A DNA stretch of 54,937 nucleotides from Rhizaria sp. SCN 62-66 (lineage: Eukaryota), in assembly GCA_001724265.1 (NCBI GenBank), contig MEDY01000190.1, forward strand, positions 1 to 54,937. The letters are read 5' to 3'. A program made the position numbers and the translations under genes. Positions within the stretch are counted from its first letter, which is position 1; every line of letters begins with the position of its first letter. Below are positions 36,301 through 47,178 of this stretch, piece by piece. The notes under the pieces were generated by a model. It ran no database searches, was not told the DNA's origin, and saw nothing but the letters and a program-made list of their open reading frames with translations.

Positions 36301-38890
36301 GAGCACGACGGCGATTAATGCTGCGGGCGGTAATCGTCCTCCGCTGCTGTCAACAACGCTCTCGCACCACGGGCGCGTAACGGCTGTTTTGCGCACAGTC
36401 AGTGCCGCGATTGACGTCGCTGTGCTCGACGCCGCGCGCGACGCGCTCCTGCTCACGCGCCCTTTCGCTGGTATGAGTACCCCCTTAGACGGCGCCGGGT
36501 ACTACTGCAGCGTAAGCCGCCTTGCGTCGGTCTCGGCGCTGTGCGTGGCCGATGTCGCCAGCAAGGTCACCAGGGCTCTCGCGACCGCAGTGACCGTGGC
36601 CGCGGCGGATGCGGCGGCGGCTGTGACCGCGGTCACTGCTGCTGCAGTGGCGAGCGGCGCCCTGGACTGTCCCTCTTTGGCCCCCAGTCATAACAGCCTT
36701 TACACCGCGAGCAATAGCAACGGCGCGAGCACAAGCGCCAGTGCCAATGTGTGCGATAGTGCGAGCGTTGTCGCTCTGAACGCTGCGCTCTCGTCGAACT
36801 CACTGCTCCGCGGCTTAGCTTCGGAACAGCGGGGCGGCCTACCTGCGGCGCAATTCGGCCGCGCGTGCGACGCCGCTTCTGCCACGACGCTGCTGCTCTC
36901 GCGCGGCCTAACTTCGAGCTCGCGCGCCACAGCACTGCTGCTTCTGGTCGCATGCCCCGCCACCGAGAGCGCGAGTCCTCGCGCGGGCTCGGATGCGGCT
37001 GTGGCCGGTCTCGCGTGCGCCCACGTGTTTGCGCTCGAACTACTCAACTCGGCCTCGGTCGCCGCAACGGCCGCCGCGAACGCTGCCGCCGCGGCTGTTA
37101 CCTCTGCAGCCGCTCAGGACGGCACGAGCGTTGCCGCTGTTGCTGCTCGTAATAGCTGTGTGAGCGAGAGCTCTGTGAGCGCGAGTGCCGGCGCTGCGAT
37201 CGCGCCCGCACAGGCCGCCGCGGCCGCGCTGCGCAGCCACTGGCCGATGTCGCACGCGTCGTTCACTCTCTCCGCGCTTGCTGCCAGCGCCACCACGGAT
37301 AGCACTGGCGTGACGGCCTCAGCCTCTGCGGCTGCGGTGACCGCGGCTGCTGCTGCGGGCGCGGCCGCGGCGACGGGCGCTTGGAGCCGCGCGGCAGCTG
37401 CCGCCACTGCGGCCGCCTTCGGTTCGGTTCTCAACACAGTTAAGACCAACCCTAGCAGTGTGTCCATGAGTGAGTTTGGGCTTGAGTGTGCACGCGTTGT
37501 CGCTGCTGCCGCCGCCCGCCGCCGTGCGCGCGCATGGGGCGCTGTCTCGGGCGCAAACAGCGCTGACAGCGGCAGTCTTAATAGTGACAGTCTTAACAGC
37601 GGCAGTCTAGGCACCGAGAGCAGCCGTTGCAGTGAAGCGATCGCGCTTGCGACCGCTCTCTGTGCTGTCGTCACCTCATCCACAGGGAATCCCTCTCAGC
37701 AACAGCAGCACGTCACCGTGGGTGCTGCCTATGTGTTGCTCCATGCGCTCCCAAGCTCACAATCGCAGGCTCAGGAACTGGCTGTGCCCACCGAGCTTGC
37801 GAGCGCGGTGGCCGCCCTCGCAACTGCGCTCAGCAGCACTGGGAACGCCCCTGCGATGACTCCCCGTGAGCTTGTCGCTGCTCTCGCCCACTTGCATGCG
37901 CGCTCGCAGTCGCAGCTTCCGGCTCAGTCGCTGGCCCAGGCCGCCTCTGCTCTCGCGATTCTGCTGCTCTCGCCTGATCGCGTGAGCCCTGCTGCGCTGG
38001 CATCGCAGGGAGACAGCAACACGAGTCGCGTGAGCGTCATTCGCGGCCCTCAGCTCGCTGAGTTGCAGTCTGTCTTCACCAGCGCAGTGACCTCATTTGC
38101 GAAACCCCCTCTCAGTCACTCGAATAACCACAATAACAGCGGTGCGAACAGCATTGCTGTTGTCGCAAGTGCCAGCGCTGTCGCCCGCTCGCTGCAGCTG
38201 CCCACACACATCTACGCCTCCGCCTTTGCCGCCGCGGCCGCTGCAAACAACAGCAGCGCGGGTGCGGTAACCAGCGGCTCGAAGCCCGGCGCGGTCGCCG
38301 CCGCAGGCAAGAGCGGCAGCGGCAGCGTTCTCGGCGCCAGCGGAGCGCGCAAGCAGAGCGGCGCTGATGGCAACGGCAACGACAACGGCGACGATGACGA
38401 GGACGATAACTGGGGCGTCAGCGCGAGCATCGGCGGCAGCGGCGTGTTTTCGCTCGCCGCGGCGGCCGCGAGCCGCAGCAGCAGCGGCGCGGGCAGCAGC
38501 GCGGGCCGCGGCAGCAGCGCCAGCGGAGGCGGCAGCGCCAGCGGTATGGCTGGTCCGGAGGCCGCGGCGGCACTGTTGCGGCGCCACGCGACCGCGGCGA
38601 CCACCAGCAACACAAACAGCGCCGCCGCCGCAGCCGCAGCTGGCTACTCGGGTGGCGATGGCAGAGGCAGGGCGAGGGACGGCGGCGGCGCCCGGCGCGG
38701 CGGCGCGGGCTCTAAGGGTGTCGAGGCCGCGGATGTAAGTGCCCAGCAGACTGTGAGCAGCGTTGGTGAGTCCGTTGCGCAGCACTTGGCCAGCTCGCTG
38801 CAGAGCGCCAAGGCCACGGCGAGCTCGTTCCTGGCCGCCAGCGACGGCGCGACGAGCATGCTGGCCTCGTGGGGCCTCACGTTCGACTAA
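33371..38890 (+). CDS. COG1: COG1-like (Vps51/Vps67 N-terminal domain) Golgi tethering subunit; a single ORF of ~1839 aa if TAG at 35867 is read as sense
   Basis: TPLAKLRESEAAQRAQITAKRQELRSLVTRCFRQLLSSADTIIAM matches the COG1/Vps51 N-terminal pattern (K-x-x-ELR-x-x-V...R-x-L-x-x-x-ADTI-x-x-M). The 868-aa and 990-aa ORFs are in the same frame, separated only by one TAG, with no AT-rich intron. Ends in TAA. Confidence 0.68.
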
Positions 38891-40022
38891 GGGGAGCGCA
38901 ACTTTGATATACGACGGGGGGGACTTGAAAAGAACACACATTACGTTATCTAGAATTTAACACCAGCTTTGTTACATGCTATTGCTTAGTAAATAAGCTT
39001 ACTACTAGTAGTACAGGTACATTTATATGGAATCGCCAGGATAATAAAGCAATTTTCTTTTAAACACATCTTGGGATATGTGACCTTGGGTTGTTTTTGC
39101 AGTTGTTCTCGACACTGTTTGCTTTCTCCAGATATGCGCGAATATCCATGCATATACAGATGTATATCTTCAACTGTGCATTCAAATATTATTTTCTATT
39201 ATTTTTTTGATTTTGTTGTCTGTGTTTTCGTCGATCGATATTTTTCAAGACTAAAAGTATTTCATATCGGCGAGGAAATATACTTTGAGTAGATTGCTGA
39301 GGTACATCACATCACCAACTCGAGGGCACACAAAATAGTATTCACACAGTATTTTTGTATTAATACAAACAAATACACGAAAGAGATTAAGTACTACATG
39401 AAGTGATAAAGTAGAATACACGTTGTTGTCATCGCACACAGCAACACACTTCACTGAACCGCACAAACACTGCCTTTGAACTAAGCACAAAAGCACACGT
39501 TGGCGCAAGACAGCACGGTGCATATACGCGACAAATCAAAACCGTAATAAAAAAAAGCAAACCAATTAAACACATACATGTGGCATCCGTGACAATCAAA
39601 CGACTTTTGTCAAACCGCAAACAATCACGCAAAACTGGTCAAGTCTCGCCACAGTTTCATTAAAACCCCCGAATCAAGCGCCCTCCAGGTCTCATACCCG
39701 ACAACCACCACAAATAGCACACACGAAACAGCAGAAGAAAGCTTACACGCAGTGCGGTGAGTTGAGCCGTTGAATCACAGTCCAACACGTTTCCGCTCGT
39801 AGCATCTGCAAGTGTGCTTTTCCAACCGTATATGCGCACAAGATTTCTGTTGCATGCATAGTATATGACAGTGAGTAGTGGTAAAGCAAGTATTAGTTGC
39901 CCCCAACCCCTTAGCACCCGCCCTTTTAGCTGCCGTAATCAAGCTAGGTTAAATTAAAACACACCGAAGTTATGCTCAACTCAACTCAGGCTTGACAAGA
40001 GAGACTAAGAGAGACATTTCTC

Positions 40023-41139
40023 TTAATCCTTCTTGGTCTTGACAGCGCCGCTGCTCTTGCCCTTGCCGCCCTCGGCGCCGCCGTGCTTCTTGGTGTAGAA
40101 GTTGCCGAAGAGCGCGAGGAGGATGAGCATGTCGGTGACCTGGAGGACCTTGCCGGTGAACCAGTAGGGGGAGAAGAAGAAGCAGTAGACGGCGTGGACG
40201 AGGTTCGAGAAGAACTGGGTCATCTGGAACATGGTGAGGTACTTGCCCCACCAGAGGAACTTCTTGCGGCCCTCAGGGGACTTGATGAACACCGTCAGCA
40301 GGTAGTAACTGAACAAGAACAAGAAAGGAGAGTAGAATGATGATGAATGCAGGAAAGTGAGTAATTGAGCACAAAGATAAGTTGGGATAAAAACCAAGCA
40401 TGACATTGATATATAGATGCATATACATTCCAGGTTCATCAAGCATTCGCGAGGATATGCGTTGACGCTGGTTTCCGTAACAGCAGAGTTGAGTTGCAAA
40501 AGATGCCGATATTATGTTATAGAAGAGGACGTACGTGTACATGACCACGTGGACCCAGGAGTTGAAGGCAATGCAGAACCAGGCGTCGCCGCCAGGGGCG
40601 CAGCGGGTGACGAGCCAGAAGATAAAGCCGGTGCTAGTGTGGTGAAAGACGTGGAGGAACGAGACCTGGCGCAAGTTGCCCTTAATGAGCATCAGGAAGG
40701 TGTCGATGAACTCGTAGTACTTGGAGATGTAGAAAACGTAGAACACCCAGGCAATGTCGGCGTCGCGCTCCATGATGTAGGCCTCGCCCCAAAGGGTGTA
40801 GTTGTTCTTGAAGACGTAGTAGATGGTCATGACGCCCATCCAGAGCGAGAGCAGCGCGAGGAAGGCGTTGTGGACGATGGCGACCATGCGCAGCACGGGG
40901 CCGTCGGGCTTCTTGACAGCGTTGGGGTTCTGGGTGAACATGATGAGCGGGTAGAAAATGGCAAGCACGCCGAGGTAAAAGACGTTAAAGAGGATGAAGG
41001 GTGTGGCCGAGTTGACGAACCACCAGTCCTTGGTGAGGGGAGTCTGCGTCATGTCGGCGCCGAGGGAAGTGAGGAAGTTGATCACGGCCGGGGAGACAAC
41101 GGCGTCGAGCGCGTTGTAAGACGCAACCAGCGAGTCCAT
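40023..41139 (-). CDS. ELO/GNS1-SUR4 family fatty acid elongase, PUFA (delta-6-like) type; exons 41139-40535, 40308-40023 (~296 aa)
   Basis: Motifs HNAFLALLSLWM, FYISKYYEFIDT, QVSFLHVFHH (His box), NSWVHVVMYT|YYLL, LWWGKYLTMFQMTQF and LFGNFY. C-terminal KTKKD dilysine ER-retrieval signal. Intron GTACGT..CAG is in frame. Ends in TAA. Confidence 0.95.
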
Positions 41140-42176
41140 CGCGTGTGCGGGTCTGCGCGGGCAGCAGAGGCAGAGCGCAGAAAAGATTGAAGAGCGACGC
41201 AAAGTGTGAACAAGGGAAGGAGAGAAGGTGAGACTTGGACTGAGGGAGGGGGATGCAGTTTGTTGGTTTTCGTGCACAAGAGAGCGAGTGTAGCGCATAA
41301 AAACAGTATGGAATCGATATAAAATTAACGGATGCAGTCAGACATTTCAAAGCAGTCACATTTGGTAAGGAAGAAAAGCCAAGACCTCGTGCTGAAGGTT
41401 GGTTCTAGTGAGGCAGTTGAAGCCACCTTGTGCGGGTCTGCGCAGGTTGCGAATTACGCCATAATCGCGCTCGCTTGTAGCCGCGGTCTAATCACGGCAC
41501 ATACTCCCGCCCACAGGCAACATTAAACCAAAACTTCTACATAATTTGACGTTACCCTCATCGAGATACTCCCTCTTTCCTCCAGTCCCTAGCGCCCGCC
41601 GTCATGCGGCCACCAGTGGGCGGGCCGCACACTGCAGCGGCAACAAACCGACCGGTTCGTAAAAATCCAAGCCACCACCAGCGAGACTCAGCCCACTCCT
41701 CGAGTCGACTTCGATCGATATGCATCAGTGTTTCATCGTCAAATGCACCTGTTTCTTGAGAAGATGACTGTCCAGGGCTTGTGTTCCTGGTGCTAAATTT
41801 CTGTGTTACGTGGAGGTTATCTTGCGTGTTTTCATGCGTGGTCTTGACGACAGGCGGAGATACGGAGCAAATTTGGAGCACGTGATGACGTGGTCACATA
41901 TTTCCACAGATTTAACATCCTATATCGCCAATATTCAGCAAAATATATTGTTGTATTGTTAAATCATTTCTTGTATTCTATATATCCTACGTTTTCCGCT
42001 GTAGGACTTTGTTTGCGCTCTGCAGGCCTGCTTTTGTCTCCTTCCCCGCCCCAACCTCGACTGACACCTCCCCGAGCCCGATCCTGCCGCCGCCGACCCA
42101 GGCCAGCCACGCGCCTTCGCTTCCTCTCTAAGACGCCACACCGATTGTGCCCACAGTTCGCCTGCTTCTGCGCGCC

Positions 42177-44204
42177 ATGACCGGCGGCGCTCTCGCGAAA
42201 TCGGCCGTGGGACTGCTCTCGGTCACAGTCCTCCTTGCTGTGCTTTCGGCAACGGCCACGGCAACAGCCACAGCTACAGCAGCCGCCACAGCAGCCGCTG
42301 CGTCTGCGGAGACAGCTCTGTCGGCGCTTATTCCGTCCAACACGCAGGCCGCCGCGTCCATCGCGGCCGTGGCTGACGCCGAGGCCGCCGCCACGTCGTG
42401 GTGGCCCCTCATTCGCGTCATCATCGCGTCTACGCTCACCGCCGTGGCGGCGGGGCTCGGCGCGCTGCCGTTCTTCTTCGAGCACTACTGCGGCGGCCGC
42501 AATGGCCGGAACAACAACAACAAGGCGAGCCACAGCAACACGAGTCGTGGCGCTGGAGGCAGCCTGCTTAGTGCCAACTCAAAACAGGGCTCATCTATCA
42601 AGTCTTTGTCTCTTAAGACATCTGACACGGCGGCGAATTCGACAACAAACATCAGCAACGGCCACAACAGCTCTCCTCTGGCGCAGCACCTCAGCGCCAC
42701 CCTGCCCCCCAGCGCGAGTGTAAGTGGCGCCTCTGCACATCAGGGCGGCGCAAGTACCAGTGCCGCGCCGCTGGTGAGGTATTCGACCCCGATCGCCGCG
42801 GGCATGATGCTCGCCTGCGCTGTGATCCTCACGATCGAGTCGTATCACCTCGCCCTTGACAGCAGTCTCAGTAACGTCGGTCACGGCCCCTCAGCTCACG
42901 GTCACTCTGCTCACGGTCACTCCGCGGGTGACCCAGCGGCTGGCGATATTCTGAGTCAACAGGCCGGTTCGGGCCAGATGTGGGCGGTGAGCCGTGCTGT
43001 CGGCATCGTTGTCTTCGGCATCCTACTGGGTATTGGCATGGTGATCGGTTCGCAGAAATTGCTCGACAGCATTGGCCACGGCCACGGCCACGGCCACGGC
43101 CACGGCCACGGCCACGGTCATAGCCCTCATGGACACAAAGGGGGCCAGAGAGGCCGCAAGGGTCACAGCCCTCCCGGGCAGCAGCGCAAGACTGCGAGTA
43201 CGAAGAAACAGGTGACCTCCCCAGCGCCTACATTGACGACTGGCTCACCATTGTCTCTGAACAATAACGGCAGTCTCCGGAGCAATACGACCGTGCTGGA
43301 GTGCCCCACAGATGCCGCGCTGGCCGCCGTGGCACACGCCGCCGCGACGCCGGACGCCGACGGCAGTGGCCACGGAGCAGTGGCGACAACGACAGCGTAC
43401 ATGGCGAGCACAAGCTTGATTCCGACAGAGCTTGTGTACAATATCTCACAAAACGGCAAAAACAGGGACAATAAGCTCCTCTCTCTGAGTGACGATGACG
43501 ACGACGATGACGGTCAGACGTACTACAGCTCCAATAACGGCGCCAACAACAACAACTCGACTGGTTTCAGCTCTCTTACGATCAAAAACACCACCAGCAG
43601 CAAAGCTAGCTCACAACTCGCGTCACAGAAGCCCGCCAACAACGACTCTGACCACGCCAGCGACAGCCACAGCGCTTCAGATAGCGACAGCAGCGACGAA
43701 GACGAAGACACCGCCGCGGGCGGCCTGCTGCTGCAGCTGCAGTCAGACATCGCGACCGACGGCGCGACCCGCCGCGCGGCTTTGCTGATCCTAGTCATGT
43801 CGCTTCACTCGTTCGCCGAGGGTGTGTCGCTGGGCGTCTCGTGGGCCGACTCGGCGCACCTGGGCTCCTTCATCTCGCTGTCGCTGGCGCTGCACAACGT
43901 GCCCGAGGGCCTTGCCGTCGCGGCGGTGGTAGTCCGCCGCGGCTCGTCGCCCTGGGCCGCTGCGCTCTGGGCCGTCGTCTCCTCCCTGCCGCAGCCGCTC
44001 GCCGCCGTGCCTGCGTTCCTCTGCGTCTCGCTCTTCTCCTGGCTCACCACCGTCGGGCTTGCCTTCGCCGCGGGGGCGATGCTCTGGGTGCCCGTCACGG
44101 AGCTGCTGCCGGAGGCGCTGGAGGAGCTGCCCAGGAGGACTGTGGTCACGGTAACGGCGGCCACGGCGGCGGCCATGTTCGTCGTCTCGCATTTCCTGGA
44201 GTGA
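42177..44204 (+). CDS. ZIP-family (GufA/ZIP11-like) zinc/divalent metal transporter (~675 aa)
   Basis: Motifs TAVAAGLGALPFF, AAGMMLA, SLHSFAEGVSLGV (TM4), LALHNVPEGLAVA (TM5), SSLPQP, FAAGAMLWV and ELLPEA. His-rich loop and hydrophobic N-terminal signal. Ends in TGA. Confidence 0.93.
   Translation: MTGGALAKSAVGLLSVTVLLAVLSATATATATATAAATAAAASAETALSALIPSNTQAAASIAAVADAEAAATSWWPLIRVIIASTLTAVAAGLGALPFFFEHYCGGRNGRNNNNKASHSNTSRGAGGSLLSANSKQGSSIKSLSLKTSDTAANSTTNISNGHNSSPLAQHLSATLPPSASVSGASAHQGGASTSAAPLVRYSTPIAAGMMLACAVILTIESYHLALDSSLSNVGHGPSAHGHSAHGHSAGDPAAGDILSQQAGSGQMWAVSRAVGIVVFGILLGIGMVIGSQKLLDSIGHGHGHGHGHGHGHGHSPHGHKGGQRGRKGHSPPGQQRKTASTKKQVTSPAPTLTTGSPLSLNNNGSLRSNTTVLECPTDAALAAVAHAAATPDADGSGHGAVATTTAYMASTSLIPTELVYNISQNGKNRDNKLLSLSDDDDDDDGQTYYSSNNGANNNNSTGFSSLTIKNTTSSKASSQLASQKPANNDSDHASDSHSASDSDSSDEDEDTAAGGLLLQLQSDIATDGATRRAALLILVMSLHSFAEGVSLGVSWADSAHLGSFISLSLALHNVPEGLAVAAVVVRRGSSPWAAALWAVVSSLPQPLAAVPAFLCVSLFSWLTTVGLAFAAGAMLWVPVTELLPEALEELPRRTVVTVTAATAAAMFVVSHFLE
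43074..43121 (+). repeat. (GGCCAC)n hexamer repeat encoding (Gly-His)8 in the ZIP loop
   Basis: Directly visible tandem repeat. Confidence 0.95.
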
Positions 44205-44638
44205 AGTCGCGGTTAGTTCAGCGAGGCCATGTTATTTAGATTAAATCGAGTATTATTCTCAATTTTAGTTGCGAAAAGCAACGGTGATACATAGAAATAC
44301 ACACGTAATTAAGATGCGATCAAGACGACGCTCATACGAGAGACACGCTTGCATGAGATGAAGCACTAAAGAGTGTATTGGCATGGTCTATTATGTAATA
44401 TTCATAAACTAGGTAGGTATTCGGAGCAGTTGCAAAGGCACGGGCGGCACTTACACAACCTGTGAAGTCTAGATAAAGGATAGCTTAGGAGCTCAAGATG
44501 AAGGATGCAGAGGGCATATCAAAGCAAGAGCACTTCTGAACGGCCAAGAAACATAACAAAAGAGCCCAGCAGAGCACTGCATCATTGTCATAGCAAGAGG
44601 AAAGCTGAAGCAGTCCCTAAGGCAGATCTTAGCCTGAA

Positions 44639-45192
44639 TCAAAAGTGCATGTCATCGAACGCGTCGGCGATGCTACCGAGCTCAGCATGAACACTGGCGG
44701 CGCGCGCGGCAGCGATATCAAAGCGGATCCAGTCGATATGCGCCGTGTTGGTGCCGGTGAGCAGCGGGGGCGTCATGGCAGCAGCGGCCTCGGCGAACTT
44801 AACGTAGTTGCGAATCTCCTGTCAGACGCGGGCGGGAGCAAATAAGGAAGGAGTAGGCAATACAAACAAACATATGATGAGATGCTCAACGTATAAAAGA
44901 GTTGGATAGTATGCGTTCTAGCTTCTGTTGTTGTTTCTATCTTTACAAAGGTTATATCAAGAGCGTACATGGGACGAACCTTGAGGAGATTCATGTAGTT
45001 CGTGCAGTGTTCCTCGAGCTCTTGCTGTTTGAGCTCGTTGCTGTTGACGCTGGAGAGGCACACCATGGTGCGGGACGCATGCTTGAGGAGCTCAACAGCG
45101 CCATCTTCAACTGCGTTCAACGACTTGATCGCAGGAATGCGCGCCAGATGGTCCGCCAGCGTGGGCTTGACCTCCGTAGCTGAGCCTTCCAT
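44639..45192 (-). CDS. Small helical protein, Mediator subunit 11-like; exons 45192-44980, 44818-44639 (~130 aa)
   Basis: The intron GTTCGT..GACAG joins IKSLNAVEDGAVELLKHASRTMVCLS...EEHCTNYMNLLK to EIRNYVKF...AAARAASVHAEL. Size and helical pattern resemble Med11. Ends in TGA. The gene model is more certain than the family call. Confidence 0.55.
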
Positions 45193-45505
45193 TGTCAATT
45201 TGTCCAAGTTGAGTACGTAGACAGGCAAACTTCCGACAGTTGAGCTAGCAAAGACGCCTAAAATATGTTTAGCACGAGAGAGTTATGCGCGTAAATTACA
45301 CCACTCCAGGTTGCGATTTGAGCGTGATAGCGTCTCGATTCAGCAAAAGCGAGGACTGACAGCAGACGAGAAGTGACTGTGAGCAAAGGCTGGTTGGCCG
45401 AAAAAATATAAATGATTTAGGGAAACTAAGTGGCTCCTTTTGGGTGACGACCTTCGTGAGGGCTTTGTGAGTTCCTTTGAAGGTGAATTCACTACAAGTA
45501 GAGTC

Positions 45506-46742
45506 ATGCGTGCATTTATTGCCCTGCTGCTTCTTGCGGTGGTTTTCGTTTCTCATGCGGTACGTCTCTCGCCCATTTACATGACCTCTTTTGCTCGTCC
45601 AGAGGAGGTCCTCTTCGCTGCTCTGTTCGACCGCCACCAAACTGCCCTTCTGGGGCGTCCCCCAATCCTGTTCTTGGAACTGCCATTAATTTGCCACAAT
45701 ACTACAAGCTCTGTCTATCCTGTCAACGCCCCCCTGAACCGTCTGTCTTGTCTTTGCGTCACCATTTGCCCTGCAAAGTCGACTTCCTCTCACCGTCACT
45801 TCTCGTCTCTCCCTCCCTCTTTCCCCCTTTGTTTCTCGCTTCCCACCGCTTCCCATTCGCCCCTACCCACTCCACACCCTCCCCATTATATTGCACACCA
45901 CGCTTTGCCCCATCACTTGCTATTGGTTTGCCTCTCACGCATAGAACGCTGTCCATGAGGAGCTAAGTAATGAGGTCAGTGACCCCACCTCGTTCGCCGA
46001 GCTTGACTCGGAGTACGCGATGGAGGTCGACGCCGAGGCCGAGGCTGAGGCTGAGGCCGAGATTGCGCCGTTCAACGACTGGGAGACGGCCACCCGCAAC
46101 GCGGACCTCAAGCGCCGCACGCGCCCCGTGTTCAAGACGGGCGGCAAGTTCGACTCGCTCGACTGGGGCAACATCCCCTCTGCCGACACCATGCCCGGCT
46201 CCCTCGTGCGCCTCACCAACGCCCCTGGCGCGATGCCCGCCTTCAGCGAGGACATCCTGCCTAAGTCACTCTTCCCCTCGAAGAAGTGCCCCAACCCGTC
46301 GCAGGCGGCCGAGGTCAAGGCGTGGGCCAAGCTCACCCAGCGCATCAAGCGCGGCAAGGCCACCATCATCAAGTACACCAAGTGGGCCACCGCCGCCCGC
46401 GCCGCGCTCAAGAAGATCGCCACCCAGGCCCGCACCACGAAGAACAACGTCAAGAGCCTGAACCAGGCGATCCGCGGCATGAAGTACCAACGCAAGCAGC
46501 TCGTGAAGCGCCTCAAGAGCTACAAGCTCAAGGCGCAGCTCGACCGTGCCGCGCAGCGCATGATGGAGATCCAGGGCATCAGCCGCCAGATCGGCGGCTA
46601 CGACCGCTCTGCCAAGGCCAAGAAGGCCGGCGTTGCCTCCGAGAAGCCTGCCAAGAAGGCCGCTGCCAAGAAGGCTGGTGCGAAGAAGACTGGTGCGAAG
46701 AAGACTGTCGCCAAGAAGGCTGCTCCCGCCGCCAAGTTCTAA
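45506..46742 (+). CDS. Secreted-type protein: signal peptide, acidic EA-repeat pro-region, basic coiled coil and Lys/Ala-rich tail; exons 45506-45559, 45945-46742 (~283 aa)
   Basis: Exon 1 encodes MRAFIALLLLAVVFVSHA. The phase-0 intron GTACGT..CATAG is in frame with the 240-aa ORF. Strong codon bias (AAG, GCC) suggests high expression. Ends in TAA. Confidence 0.85.
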
Positions 46743-47178
46743 GCTCTCGGTCTTCTAAGCCAGTCTAAGCCGCGCTTTGTTGTGTCTGTGTCAGTAGTCA
46801 GTCGGTAGGAGTCCTAGTTTGATTGGGATATCATATAGCAACAGTCGTCGCGATGACAGCACTGCAGTCCTTGTGCTGTTTGTTGTCTAGTTGTCCGTCT
46901 GTTGGCTGAGTTAGTAAAGACGTAGTAATCAAATACCGTCATTTGGTCAAATACATCAACATTACAAAAAACAAAAAACAAACGCAAAATCATAATGTAA
47001 TCAAAATGGCTTTTGAAAATGTATTCATGAATGTGGAAAAGTCGCCAGATCTGGCGCCAACAGAGGCGAACACAGAAAGGCTGTAGCAAGTGCGCGTGAG
47101 TCGCACTTCCAAGTTAGGAACAAGACTGAGCGATTCAAGTCTTCAGAAAAAGAAAGCTGAGACTGCGCTTGGAGCAAC

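Noticed and set aside
33263-38890. Treating 33263-35869 and 35918-38890 as two genes or as a pseudogene
   Set aside because: There is no AT-rich spacer, no ATG near the start of the second ORF, the frame is the same and there are no other lesions. Read-through of TAG explains it more simply, though it is not proven.
32847-44204. Possibility that TGA or TAA is also reassigned
   Set aside because: Both occur at plausible C-termini followed by non-coding composition (e.g. ZIP, ELO, reductase), and neither occurs internally in any gene model.
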